Shown here piece by piece: positions 13,977 to 26,867 of a stretch of 64,000 nt of DNA. The translations under genes and the position numbers were made by a program. Below the pieces are notes generated by a model. It did no database searches. It saw nothing but the letters and a program-made list of their open reading frames with translations, and was not told the DNA's origin. The number at the start of each line of letters is the position of its first letter. The first letter of the stretch is position 1. The stretch spans positions 18,786,001 through 18,850,000 of the forward strand of contig OX597836.1 of NCBI GenBank assembly GCA_951406725.2. The letters are read 5' to 3'. Source of the stretch: Octopus vulgaris. Lineage: Eukaryota.

Positions 13977-14466
13977 ATATATATATATAGGGTTATAATT
14001 GAAGCCTTGTCCTCGTAAAGCATATCAGCATGTTCCAGTTCTCCAAAGTCTATTTCTAGATATTATATTTTATATGAGACTCGAAAATACCGGAGGATAC
14101 TTATTACATGCTAATTGCATATCAAAACAGAAAAGTGGAGAAAGATTTTGAGGTATTATTCATTCTGCATTATATACGTATGTTTCATTACCAATATATA
14201 GAAAAAACATGTAAAACATCTATTAGTAATTCTTCAGACCGGTAATTAAAATAACGCTAATAATATTATATTTAATTCCGGGTTTGAGGAATTAGTCATT
14301 GGAGATGGTGTGCATGCTTCTCTACATGTATGCCAATATAAATCCTATTGGTAACGAAACATATGTACTGCGCAACAAATAGTCTCAACATATTTTTCCT
14401 GTCTTCTGTTTTAACATACATATATAACATATATATATATTTACATATATATATATATATACATAT

Positions 14467-14559
<93 letters not shown>

Positions 14560-14895
14560 TGTATGGATGGATGGATGGATGGATGGATGGATGGATGGAT
14601 GGATGGATGGATGGATGGATGGATGGATTTATGTATGTATGTATGTATGTATGTATGTATCTGTTTGTGCCCCCACCATGGCTTGAGAACTAGTGTCGGT
14701 GTTTTTACGTCCCCATGCCATAGCGGTACGGCAAAAGAGACCGATAGAATAATTACTAGGCTTAAAAATAATAAGTCCTGAGGTCAATTTGTTCGACTAA
14801 AACCGTTCAAGTCGGTGCCCCAGCATGGCTGCTGTCAAATGACTGAAACAAGTTAAAGAATAAAACAATAAAATACCGCATAATATATGTGCATG

Positions 14896-15001
<106 letters not shown>

Positions 15002-15061
15002 TGTATATATATATAAAATATGTATGTATATGTATGTATGTATGTATATATATATATATAT

Positions 15062-15117
<56 letters not shown>

Positions 15118-15660
15118 ATGGTACAAGATAAATATTACCTTGTAAGTGAACGTACCATTCCAAGGGGTTTAATATGTATGAAACCATGTTGCTGTAGCTT
15201 TAGTTCCAATGCAAGATCTCGCACCTCGCACGGTATTATTTACCAAACAAGTGCAACTAAAGAACAATTATATTTTATATACAGATATTTCGTGGTAAAA
15301 AAAAAAGATAAAATAAAATGAAATGAAAATGGAACGACAACATGAACAATAAGTGAATTATCGTAATTTTTACATTTGTTTAGACCAAGTCACATCCTGT
15401 ACAATACGTGACATGTTCAGTTGTTAAATATAACAAAGTTTTAAGCAAATCGCAAACACAGATTTCTCTAGGAAGACCTACGTTTTATATTATTATAAGT
15501 AAATGAAGAATATATTTGTGTGACACGTTTTAGCAAATTTCACGATTTTCCTTGGTGTTAAAACCAGAAATTCTATAAAAGAATAATATGCGTTATTATC
15601 AAATTTACAATATCGTGATGCTTTATCTACAATGGACGGATAGGTGTCCTCATTTTGTTG

Positions 15661-15708
15661 TTATCACAACCTTTCGGCTGATGTACTCTCCAGCCTTCAT
15701 CAGGTATT
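15661..15708 (-). ncRNA. Degenerate type I hammerhead motif downstream of a PLE-like remnant
   Basis: Minus strand: TAC-CTGATGA-A-GGCTG gagagtacat CAGCC-GAAA-GG-TT-GTG. Core and stem II intact; stem III palindrome broken and stem I short. Confidence 0.55.
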
Positions 15709-16899
15709 CTGCTGGAATTTCAAACCCAACCCTTTATTTGATTAATAGGATACACCGTTCCCATTCCTTAGGTATGTTGCGGATGTTATTTTTCTGTTGC
15801 CTGGGATTATAAAGTGAATTTTAGGGTTTATAAACCTAGTATTTTATCTTTTCTTAATACCGGTTCCCATATTATATTTATATCTGCACTAGGTCCGCTT
15901 AGGAGTTTATTGTGTCCTAACATATGTGTGTGTCTATATATGTACCAAAATTATTTTTTTCCGTATTTTGTTCGTGCTTCGAAAATACTGTCTGTATGTG
16001 GGTGAGTCTGGTGTGAGTGTGTGTGTGTGTGTGTGTGTCTGTGTGTGTCTGTGCGTGTGTGTGGATCTCTATGTTTGCCTGTGTATGTTTATATGTCTGT
16101 GTGTGTTAGTATGAGTGTGGAGACTTTACAGAGTGTGAGAAACGTTGCAAAGATGAATTATTTTTCATGTTATTTCAAATTTGTTAATTTATTTTTCGTG
16201 TTGTTACCTTTAAAAATTTTCTTATTTTCTCACGCATAATTTTATTGTAGAAATTTTTTAACTTTATTTATTGACTTTGTTTTCACCGCTTTTCTAATAA
16301 TCATCATCAACAACATATCATCGTCGTCGTCGTCGACGTCGTAATTAGTATCATTTTCATTATTTTCATTTTTGTTATCATCATCATCATCAACATTATT
16401 GTTATCGTTGTGGTTTCAATTATTACTATTTCATATACACATAACAGATTAGACTGTTGGAAAAGAAAATTTTCTAACATCGGCCAACAACAAGCAACCT
16501 TATATACCAAAAACTCTCCTAAGTATCCTCGCTGTCCCTTATAACAGTTTTCTGGAGCCGTATTAAACTGGGTTTTATGCTTATTTCCTCTAGTCATCGG
16601 TTCAGATCTTTAGGGATAATTCCTAATGCACCTATAACTACTGAGAACGAGAGGTCTTTCCTTAAATGTCCAGCATCATTTTTGCTGTTACCACCAGGGT
16701 TTCTAGGCAGACTCTTGTCTCTCATAAACTGAGGTAAGGTAATGTTCGTTACCATCGTCATCACCACTATTATCTCAAGTAACTTTCTACTGCATCACTT
16801 GCTGCACTTTCGTGTTGGTGAGGTGTATGCAGCATTTTGTTATTATTATTAGTTTGGTTTGGCTCAGGTTCGGTCTTATTCCTGGTGGGAATTATGTGG

Positions 16900-17090
16900 A
16901 TAGCAGGTTACTACCTGTAACCTTTGATATCCACAAGTTTTCAGCTGTCTTTCAAGTGCTTAGAACCCTTCTGATAATCCTTGCTGTCCCTAAGAGCCAA
17001 ACTTTCTGTTGGAGCTCTACTGGGCATTCTATTCCAATCTCCTTCTGCCATTTGTCTATACCTTTGTTTCCTGTTCCCAACGCACAATTA
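16900..17090 (-). mobile_element. R4/Dong-like LINE, restriction-like endonuclease C-terminus
   Basis: GALGT-like motif and ELQQKVWLLGTARIIRRVL, adjacent to (ATT)n. Confidence 0.65.
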
Positions 17091-17130
17091 TTATAGGCAT
17101 GACCTTTACTGTTCTCATGCTTTATTATTA

Positions 17131-17177
<47 letters not shown>

Positions 17178-17265
17178 GACTGAGAGAGTTGTGCATGCCA
17201 TCAAAGTGACTTCGAGGTAAAATACACAAAGCCCAGTATACCCATTAGTAATAGTAGTAGTAGTT

Positions 17266-17330
<65 letters not shown>

Positions 17331-17408
17331 TGTGGTGGTGGTGGTGTTGGTGGTGGTGGTGGTGGTGATGGTCGTACTAGTAGTAGTAGCAGTAGTAGCA
17401 GTAGTAGC

Positions 17409-17442
<34 letters not shown>

Positions 17443-17561
17443 ATAGTTGTTGTTGCTGTTGATGATGATGATGATGCTTCTGTTATTGCTGTTGTCGTTG
17501 TTTTTGTTGTAGTTCACTTTCTTATTTATATCTTCTCTTTTTTTTTTTGTCACTTTTCCAG

Positions 17562-17705
17562 ATTGCCGAAGCGTTAAGTTACCTCCACACCACAGAACAG
17601 ATGCTACATCGAAATATTTCGCCCCAATCCATACTACTAACCAGGCGAGGAGGATGGAAGATGGCCGGGCTGGGCTTTGCTGAGAAAGCACTTAAAGATG
17701 GCAAG
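17562..17705 (+). CDS. SCYL2: SCYL2-like exon (IAEALSYLHTTEQMLHRNISPQSILLTRRGGWKMAGLGFAEKALKDGK), pseudokinase catalytic-loop region
   Basis: ttttccag acceptor, 144 nt. HRN replaces HRD and GLG replaces DFG, as expected for SCY1 pseudokinases. The donor AAG|gttcct is weak, so the 3' boundary is inferred from frame. Confidence 0.85.
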
Positions 17706-18016
17706 GTTCCTTTCTTTGAGCAGTTTTCTTTCTTTTTCATAGAATTTGTCTTGTCAGGTTTGCTGGTTGGCTGACCGAATGGCTATTTATTATTGCTATG
17801 TTTGTCTTTGCATTGTTGCCCTCATCCTTCGCCCTCGTGGCAAATAAATGAAATCATCATTATCATTATTTATTGCCTTTGCACAGCATCTGAAACTGGA
17901 GACTACAACACCCCTTATTTTTCGAGCACCATCCGGAATATCCGAACGGTTCTAAGCAGTGCTGCTTTCTGCAAGTGCCCCACCCTTATTGCAGCCCTAT
18001 TTCTTCCTTATACTGC

Positions 18017-18086
<70 letters not shown>

Positions 18087-18966
18087 CTTCATCATCATCT
18101 TCCTCATCATCATCATCATCATCATCATTGAGGGAGAGAGCAGTGCACGCCATCAAAGTGACACTGGGGTAAAGTATACGAACCCCATTATACCCATCAT
18201 GACTACCCGTCTGCTAAGGATACACTGTTGTCGATGGTATCGTCCAGCCCTCTCCGCTCGAAAATGTTGGTCGTGTACGCCAAAATTTGAAACTGTAATT
18301 AATGTTGCTGTTGATGGTGATGATGATGACGATCATCATCATCATCATCATTATCATCATCATCATCATTATCATCATCATCAAGCTGTTGCTGCTGCTG
18401 TTGCTGTTACTGTGCTATGTATTGTAGAGCAGCATCAACGCCAACCAATTTTCTGAAAATATGATGAGTCGTTAGCTTGACGTATTTGTTCCAAAACATT
18501 GTAATCTGAGTTCAAATTTCGCCGAGGTCAATTTGCCTTTCACTCTTAAGTGTTGATAATAAAAACATCCATCAAACCAGGGAAGTTATTTGGCTGAAAT
18601 TCTTTAAGTTTCGGTTGAGATGCTTTATGGTTGCCTGCGTTAATAAAAATTACACCTACGATATATACGTTTTGTCTTTTTACTCGACATCATCGGTGGC
18701 ACAGAGAGGTAAACGAGGCTTTTACGCATAAGCAACTGTTGAGCTATCATAAAAAAAAACTTGTCCAAGCTTGCACCTTAGATAAGGCATTCTCAGTTGT
18801 AGAAAACCATGGTCAGCCGTGACCGAAGGAAGTGTTGTGTAGTAGAGATAATCTTCAAGTAGAGATATGCTGTTGGTATTATTGCCAATGACATCGCTGT
18901 TATTGATTACACGCACACTTGGAATCAGATGCATTCTAGCCGTGATCATCCTGTCTCGTTTTCATA

Positions 18967-19015
<49 letters not shown>

Positions 19016-19027
19016 TCTCTCTGTTTA

Positions 19028-19061
19028 TTTCTGTTGAAGAGCTTAGGCTCGAAACGTAAAA
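19028..19061 (+). ncRNA. Minimal hammerhead-like motif, CUGUNGA-A family
   Basis: TTT-CTGTTGA-A-GAGC ttag GCTC-GAAA-CG-TA-AAA. Confidence 0.6.
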
Positions 19062-19143
19062 GACTTTCTCACTTCCAGAGCGTTAAACTAATACATCTGT
19101 TTGTTGTTTATACACCCGTCTTCGTCTCTTTTTTTGTAAATTC

Positions 19144-19212
<69 letters not shown>

Positions 19213-19302
19213 GGGGGAGTTCACGAAAAAAACAAAAGACGAAGACAGGTGGTGTACAAAACAAACAGATGCATTAGTAGAACGCTCAGGAATAGAAAAG
19301 GT

Positions 19303-19338
19303 CTTTTACGTTTCGAGCCTACGCTCTTCTACAGAAAG
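19303..19338 (-). ncRNA. Minimal hammerhead-like motif, CUGUNGA-A family
   Basis: Minus strand: CTTT-CTGTAGA-A-GAGC gtag GCTC-GAAA-CG-TA-AAAG. Confidence 0.62.
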
Positions 19339-20624
19339 GGACACAGAAAATAAACAAGGAGAGAAACAAGGAAAGAAAAAAATATTTGTAGTGGCTAACG
19401 ATCTATCATGGCGATGTATGTATGTATGTATGTATGTATGGGACTACATCCATTAAAAGTATTCTTCCCTTTTTATATGTATTCTTTCATATTAGTTGCA
19501 AGAGACTACGTAGAGGCCTCACTTATTGGCTCCTATTGCTGCTGTTCATGCTACTGCTGTCATTTTCGTTGTTGCTGCTGTTGCTGCTGTTGCTACAACT
19601 TTTGCTGTACATCTTGCTAAAGCTGTTGCTGTTCCTGCTGCTACAACTACTGCTGCTGCTGCAGTTTATGCTGAGGCTTTTAATACTGCTGCTATTGTTG
19701 TTGCTGCTGCTACTGTCGCTGGTTTTTACTGATACCATTGTTACTGTTTATTACTATAGAGATTGTTGTTCCTGTTGCTGTTGTTGTTCAGCCCCTGGTC
19801 AGGCCTTACCGATCCAGACCTTAAAAATACGTCCTCCGGTCCATAATATTCTTTCCTATTCATATGTTTAAGAAATAGGTTGGAACTTGAGAGAGATACA
19901 GCTGGAACTTCTAGCAGTTGAGTGTCTGCGTAGAGGTCCCCACCTCTGCTCATTGTTTTTGGTATGGATTATATTAGTAGATAATAAGGCGGCGAGCTGG
20001 CAGAAACGTTAGCACGCCGGGCGAAATGCGTAGCCGTATTTTGTCTGCCGTTACGTTCTGAGTTCAAATTCAGCCGAGGTCGACTTTGCTTTTCATTCTT
20101 TTGGGGTCAATTAAATAAGTATCAGTTAAAGTGCTCTGGATCTGGATTGCACTACAGGTACTACGTCAGCGTCATATGAGTGCCCACAGTGAAGGAAAGG
20201 ATCACAAGGCCATTTGAAAGCAGTATGATGTCCCTGTAGTTTTAGTTTTAGGAGCACTCCGTCAGTTACGACGATGAGGGTCCCAGCTGATACGATCAAC
20301 GGAACAGCTTGCTCGTGAAATTAGCAATCCAAGTGGTTGAGTATTCCACAGACACGTGTACCCTTAACGTAGTTCTCGAGGAGATTCAGCGTGACACAGA
20401 GTGTGACAAGGCTGGCCCTTTGAAATACATGTACAACAGAAACAGGAAGAAAGAGTGAGAGAAAGTTGTGGTGAAAGAGTACAGCAGGGTTCACCACCAC
20501 CCCCTGCAGGAGCCTTATGAAGCTTTAGGTGTTTTCGCTCAATAAACACTCACAATGCCCGGTCTGGGAATCGAAACCGCGAGTCCCTGCCCTAACCACT
20601 GGGCCATTGCGCCTCCTGTAGCAA

Positions 20625-21468
20625 CCATCTAGAGTATAATCAACAAGCACGAGAGGTTCAATACCCTCAGTGGGCGTGGCAGGAAATGTAAGGTGTCTCC
20701 CAAACTTGCCAGGAAAAATCTGCCGAGAGGTCAACAAACCCGGGACCACAATCAAGGCCCTAATTGAAACTTTTGGCCAGGCAGGGACGAAGGTGTCACG
20801 ATCCACTGCTGCGCGAGTTTTACCCAGAGGAGGTCTCCTTGGATTTAAGCCTCGGAAGACGCCGCTGCTCAGGGAGAAACCTCTGGTGGCTCGCCTGGTC
20901 TTTGCTAGAGGTTATCTGAAGCAAGATCCCAGGTTTTGGTCAACCATCATGTGGTCTCATGAGACAAGGTTGGCCATATGGATGCTGAAGGAAGAAAGGA
21001 GGAGTATAGAAGCCGAAGAACACTGTGCTCACCGTCAAGCATAGTGTGGAAAGATAATGTTATGGGGATGCTTCTCTTCCAGTGACACAGGGAACCTTGT
21101 CAAAGTCAAAAGAATCAGGAGAAAGTAAGATTGCATCAGGATCCTTGATGAAACTCCAACTCGTCCACAACTGAAAGTACCAGCAGGACAGTAATTCGAA
21201 ACACACTACCTAGGTAGTGAAGTAATGGTTCAAGGACAATGATATCAACGTCCTAGAACGGCCAAGTCAGAGTCCTTGCCTGAATCCGATCGAGAACTTG
21301 TGGCGAGACTTGAAGACCAGAGTGATGGCTAGGAAACCGACCAACCTGACCCAGCTCGAGGCTTTTGCCAAGGAAGAGCGGGCCAACATCTCACAGGGGA
21401 CATGCAGCAAGGTTGTGGACGCGTACAAGAATCGTCTATAAGCCTTCATAAAAACAATGTGCATGCTA
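20625..21468 (+). pseudogene. Tc1/mariner (Tc1-like) transposase, inactivated
   Basis: KPRKTPLL, RLVFAR, IMWSHETR, TVKH, IMLWGCFS, YQQDSNSKHT and RPSQSPCLNPIENLW motifs, with stops and frameshifts. TIRs not found; both ends adjoin SINEs. Confidence 0.85.
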
Positions 21469-21968
21469 TTACTCTTTTACTCTCTTTTACTTGTTTCAGT
21501 CATTTGACTGCGGCCATGCTGGAGCACCGCCTTTAGTTGAGCAAATCGACTCCGGGACTTATTCTTTTGTAAGCCCAGTACTTATTCTATCGGTCTCTTT
21601 TGCCGAACCGCTAGCTGACGGGGACGTAAACACACCAGCATCGGTTGTCAAGCAATGCTAGGGGGACAAACACAGGCACGCAAACATATACACACACACT
21701 TATATATATATACATATATACGACATGCTTCTTTCAGTTTCCGTCTGCCAAATCCACTCACAAGGCATTGGTCGGCCCGGGGCTATAGCAGAAGACACTT
21801 GCCCAAGGTGCCACGCAGTGGGACTGAACCCGGAATCATGTGGTTGGTTAGCAAGCTATTTACCACACAGCCACTCGGGTATGAATAATTTTGGGGACGA
21901 CTGCATATATATATGTGTGTGTGCGTATGTGTGTGTGTATGTGTCTGTGTGTGTGTGTATGTGTGTGT

Positions 21969-22005
<37 letters not shown>

Positions 22006-22118
22006 TGTGTCTGTGTGGCCTGCTCACTTAGCCAGCGAGGTGGCGTCAATCGAAGGCTAAAACAATGCGAACGCATTGTGACCAGTGATGTGTAGCAACA
22101 TCTGATGCTCTGGTCGGT

Positions 22119-22159
<41 letters not shown>

Positions 22160-22655
22160 AAGGAGCTTCTACAGGACTAGAACTGTTTCATTCAAATGAA
22201 ATAAATTAATTTAGTCTGCTATGTATTGAGTACCTTATTTACTGTGGTTAACCCCGACTCAACCCGGGACCTATATATATATATATATATATATGTATAC
22301 ACACACAGAGGGAGAGGGAGATAGATAGAGAGAGAGAGAATGTGTGTATTTTTCCCTTGTTAACAATTGACACGGAAAAAATAGATAAATAGTTACCAGG
22401 GTAGCAAAAAATCACACAAGTAAAAAGGTTGTAACTCCTTGTTTTTAAAGGTATAAACTTCGGGTTTACGTGAAATATTTTGCATAATATATATATATAA
22501 ATAAATAAATGGAGTTAAACGCAGGTGTTTCATTTCTTCACTTCCCTAGAGAGAATATTATATTGTTTCACATCATTTTATTCCTTTGGAATAATACCAG
22601 TGATATCTTCGAAGCATGTAAAATAATTTGAATAACACCTGCGTTTAACTCCATT

Positions 22656-22715
<60 letters not shown>

Positions 22716-22718
22716 TGT

Positions 22719-23101
22719 TTAAGTAGTTGAATGAATTATCCTAGTATGGATAATTCGGTTAACCGATACACGGGTAGCAAATTTACGTCAGAAAGCACGG
22801 TTGAAGCTACATGCCAAGGGCAGAAGTCACGTGCTTTCGTGTGGAAATTTGTGTGTTTTTTTACTATAGGTAAATGAAAGAATGGAGTCGAACGACGATT
22901 TAACAAAATTCCTTTATTTTCGACACATGTTTCGAAGACTGCATATTCTTAATTCCGAAGGAATAAAGGGTGCATTATGCCGCCTTCTCATCAGGAAAGG
23001 CAAGGAACTTATGTCAGCATCATGACGAACAAAAGCTTTTAGATGACTGCCCACACGGAGTCCATAGTGATAATGTGATAATGAGTCCATTCTTTCATTT
23101 A

Positions 23102-23107
<6 letters not shown>
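22719..23107 (-). mobile_element. ~360-bp HHR-bearing element, copy A, with a short inverted terminal segment
   Basis: Reverse complement of 52051-52411. ~23086-23107 is an inverted copy of ~22865-22886. Flanked by (TA)n. Confidence 0.75.
22917..22998 (-). ncRNA. Type I hammerhead ribozyme with long stem II (same family as 52123)
   Basis: Minus strand: TTTC-CTGATGA-GAAGGC...GTCTTC-GAAA-CATGTG-TC-GAAA. Canonical core and GUC site. Confidence 0.8.
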
Positions 23108-23170
<63 letters not shown>

Positions 23171-23255
23171 AATTCGCTTTTTTTTAATTCTTTTTGTGCC
23201 GTTTTTACATTAATATGTTTCTCTTCCTACATTTACCAAATAATAATCTTTGCAG

Positions 23256-23471
23256 GATTCTTTCCAATCGGTTCCATGGACACCGAAAATGCCAAAAATG
23301 GCCCAACCTGACCTCAACTATATGGCACCTGAAATTATCAGTGATAAAACATGTACATCACTAAGCGACATTTTCTCTCTCGGAATGGTTGTATGTGCTC
23401 TTTACAATTCTGGCCACCCGCTCATTGAAGCCGAACACAGTGTCAGCTTATATCTCAAAAAACTAGAACAG
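23256..23471 (+). CDS. SCYL2: SCYL2-like exon (DSFQSVPWTPKMPKMAQPDLNYMAPE...SDIFSLGMV...LKKLEQ)
   Basis: tttgcag acceptor, CAG|gtaaaa donor, 216 nt. Kinase subdomain VIII (YMAPE) and IX (SDIFSLG) motifs. Confidence 0.92.
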
Positions 23472-23569
23472 GTAAAAAAAATTTTTCTACAAATATTTTT
23501 TGACATTATTGTGAGTGTTGTTGTTGTTGTTGTTTTCCGATTGATTTGTATTTCATTTCCTCTTTCGAC

Positions 23570-25615
23570 TGGGTCTCAACCAGAGACCTCAGGTTCATAT
23601 ACATTATCAATGTCAACACAATTTTTTTTAAGTCTCGTAGATTGCTGGTTTCTCCAGAGATATAGTCAAAAAATTTGTCACTACCTTTTTTGATCAATCC
23701 CAAGGCACCTACAACAACAGGGAAGATTTTGTTTTTAATTGTCACGTCCTAGATATTTCAGTCTCAAGGTCCTTATATTTCGGCATGTTTTCAAATTCCT
23801 TTGCTGAAATGTTTTTTTATCAGTAGGCATTGTTGTGTCAGTTAACGGGCGTGTTTTTTGTCTTGGGTCTTTGATGACGATGTCTGGTAGGGTAGCATTT
23901 ATTTGCTTGTATGTATTCCATAATCCCATAGGATGGTAACATTCTCCCCGACTAGTAACTGACTCTGGATTGTGTTCATACCAGTTTTTAGAGTGCGGGA
24001 TATCATATTGACAACATATGCTTCAATGCAAGTATTAGCCAACTTGATCATGCGTGGTTTCATGTTCTGTAGGGGGCAAGGACTGAACAACCGGCATCAA
24101 TGTGGTCAGTACTCACAATTTTGTCATTGTTCAGTCAACACTGTGTCTGTCTCATTGTGTGTAATATGTGCTGTCGGAGGCGCAATGGCTCAGTGGTTAG
24201 GGCAGCGGACTCGCGGTCATAGGATCGCGGTTTCGATTCCCAGACCGGGCGTTGTGAGTGTTTATTGAGCTCCACGACACTCCGGCAGGGGATGGTGGTG
24301 ATCCCTGCTGTACTCTTTCACCACAACTTTCTCTCACTCTTACTTCCTGTTTCTGTTGTACCTGTATTTCAAAGGGCCGGCCTTGTCACTCTCTGTGTCA
24401 CGCTGAATATCCCCGAGAACTACGTTAAGGGTACACGTGTCTGTGGAGTGATCAGCCACTTACACGTTAATTTCACGAGCAGGCTGTTCCGTTGATTCGG
24501 ATCAACCAGAACCCTCATCGTCGTAACCGACGGAGTGCTTCCATCAATATGTGCTGTGATTTATTGTGATGATCTAATGGTTACTGTATTGAAAGTGTTT
24601 TGCGTAGGATGTGTGCAGTGCCTAGTAGTGCAATATTCTGTATGGTATATATATTTGTAACTCCTGGTATTTTTGTTACGTATTTGTCTGAATATTTTTT
24701 ATCATACCTAATGCGCCTACTATGATAGAAATTGTTTCTGTTTTTAGATTCCACATTCGAGTTACCTCTATTTCCAGGTCTTTGAGGTAACTCGAATGTG
24801 AAATCTAAAAAACCAGAAGCAATACCCATCATAGTGGGCGCATTAGGTACGATACAAAATATTCAGACAAATACATAACAAAAAACACCAGGACTTACAA
24901 ATATATATTATTATTATTGCCTTTGCACAGCTTCAAACGTTGGAGTTGTACTACGGTGTCAGCTGTTCACTACCAGTGAAATAAGGTAACACCTTTTATT
25001 TTTCGAGCACCTTCCAGAGTATTCGAGCAGTTCCAAGCAGTGCTGTTTTCTACAAGTGCTCCACCCTTATTGCAACCCCTATTTGTCCCATGTACTTCTC
25101 AAGATTTTTGCTCACTGTTCCCAGGGCTCCGACAATTATTGGTACTACTGCTACCTTTTTCATCGACTGCAATTGCTTAACTTCCCAAGCTAACCTGTCA
25201 TATCTATCGACTTTTCTTTCTTCCTTGTCGCATACTGTTACCGGCTGGGCATGCTATATCTATGATCCAGCATAGTTTGCTTGCTTTCTCAATTAAGACT
25301 ATGTCTGGCTTTTTATTCCATATCTCAGGGGCGCACTGAGTCATAAAATCCCATAGAATCTTTTGCATTATCATTTTCCATGACGCCTTCGGGTTTACGG
25401 CCGTACCAAGTTTTTGCTCAGTCAAGTCTATACTTTTTGTAAAGTGTCCAATGGACAAGTCTTGCTATATTGTCATGACGTCTCTCATATTCTTTCTGGG
25501 CTAGTGGCGTACATTGACTGGTATTATGCCATACGCTTTCACCATTTGGTCCACAAAAGCTGCACTTATGACTTTCTGGAGCGTTGCCTATTCTGTATTT
25601 TATGTAATTTGTTCT
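23570..25615 (-). mobile_element. Cluster of R4/Dong-like LINE fragments (RLE domain), with a SINE inserted
   Basis: ILWD...PDIVI...PVVVGALG, IQNIALLGTAHILRKTL and KPDIVLIEK...IIDIACP motifs. 24580-24900 contains a locally inverted piece. Confidence 0.7.
24176..24543 (+). mobile_element. tRNA-headed SINE family 3 (second copy ~20251-20616 on -)
   Basis: TGGCTCAGTGG and GTTTCGATTCCC boxes; 12-bp TSD AATATGTGCTGT. Confidence 0.82.
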
Positions 25616-25635
25616 TAGTGCTTGCTCTTCTTCTT

Positions 25636-25718
<83 letters not shown>

Positions 25719-25808
25719 GAAGGGGGTAAGCTGGCAAACTCGTCAGCACGCCGGGCAAAATGCTTATATTCCGCCGGTGTTGACTTTGCCTTTCAGCTAT
25801 TCATAAAT

Positions 25809-25864
<56 letters not shown>

Positions 25865-25881
25865 ATTATTATTATTATTGC

Positions 25882-25960
<79 letters not shown>

Positions 25961-25974
25961 GCTATTATCATTGC

Positions 25975-26036
<62 letters not shown>

Positions 26037-26825
26037 TTGACGTTTGCTTTGTATTTGTACAAGCTGACTCCAAGTCTCCCCCAGAAACAATGAATTAGAC
26101 GTTCAAATTGGTGTTATGCATAGGGTGTCATATATTTGGTTTTGCACAAAGTATTGTTCTAGAGAATTTGGTAGATAGAAACTACGAAACCTGTCAGATG
26201 TATGTGTGTGTGTGTGTGAGAGAGAGAGAGAGTTGCTTGTCCCCCACAGCCGCCTGACAACCGGTGTTTGTTTCTTTACGTCCCCGTTACTTAGCAGTTC
26301 GGCAAAATAGACCTACAGAGTAAGTACTAAGCCTTTAAAAAAATTATAAGTACTGGGGTCGATTTGCTCGACGAAACCTTCAAGGCAGTGTGCAAGCACG
26401 GTCGCAGTCTACTGGCTGAAAATACTAAATGGTAAAAAATAACGATTGTCTATGCAGCATCGATCTGCGGAACTGCTTTTAAGTTCCTCTTCACCGACAG
26501 TTAATGTTGGAACATAATTCTTCAACGATATGGGAATAAATTATATGGAGAAGCATAGTTAATGTATTTTTTATAGGAATCAAGTTTGCATTATCTAATT
26601 ACATAAACGTATAGAAGCAAATATTAATACGATAAAAATTTAAGCTCCGCTTCCTGCAACAGAAAACTAGTTTTTGATATTAATTCCCATTTCTGTTTTA
26701 CCAATCCGGAACATATAAAGACATTCAACGAAGGTGATAGAAGATAGAACACAAAGGAAGAATATAAAATAAACATGGAGTTGGAATCAGTTTGACGCTC
26801 AGGAAATGGGTGGAACTGAAGTAAA

Positions 26826-26867
26826 TATCTTTAACGTTTCGAGTATACACTCTTCTTCAGAAAGATA
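26826..26867 (-). ncRNA. Minimal type I hammerhead with canonical A6 and an extra A after the core
   Basis: Minus strand: TATCTTT-CTGAAGA-A-GAGT gtat ACTC-GAAA-CG-TT-AAAGATA. Perfect 7-bp stem I. Stem II shows a compensatory change relative to the GAGC/GCTC copies. Confidence 0.8.

Noticed and set aside
24176-24250. tRNA gene-like sequences (also 13550-13624, 58734, 63731)
   Set aside because: They are SINE heads: no complete cloverleaf, and they continue into repeated SINE bodies, with a TSD in at least one case.
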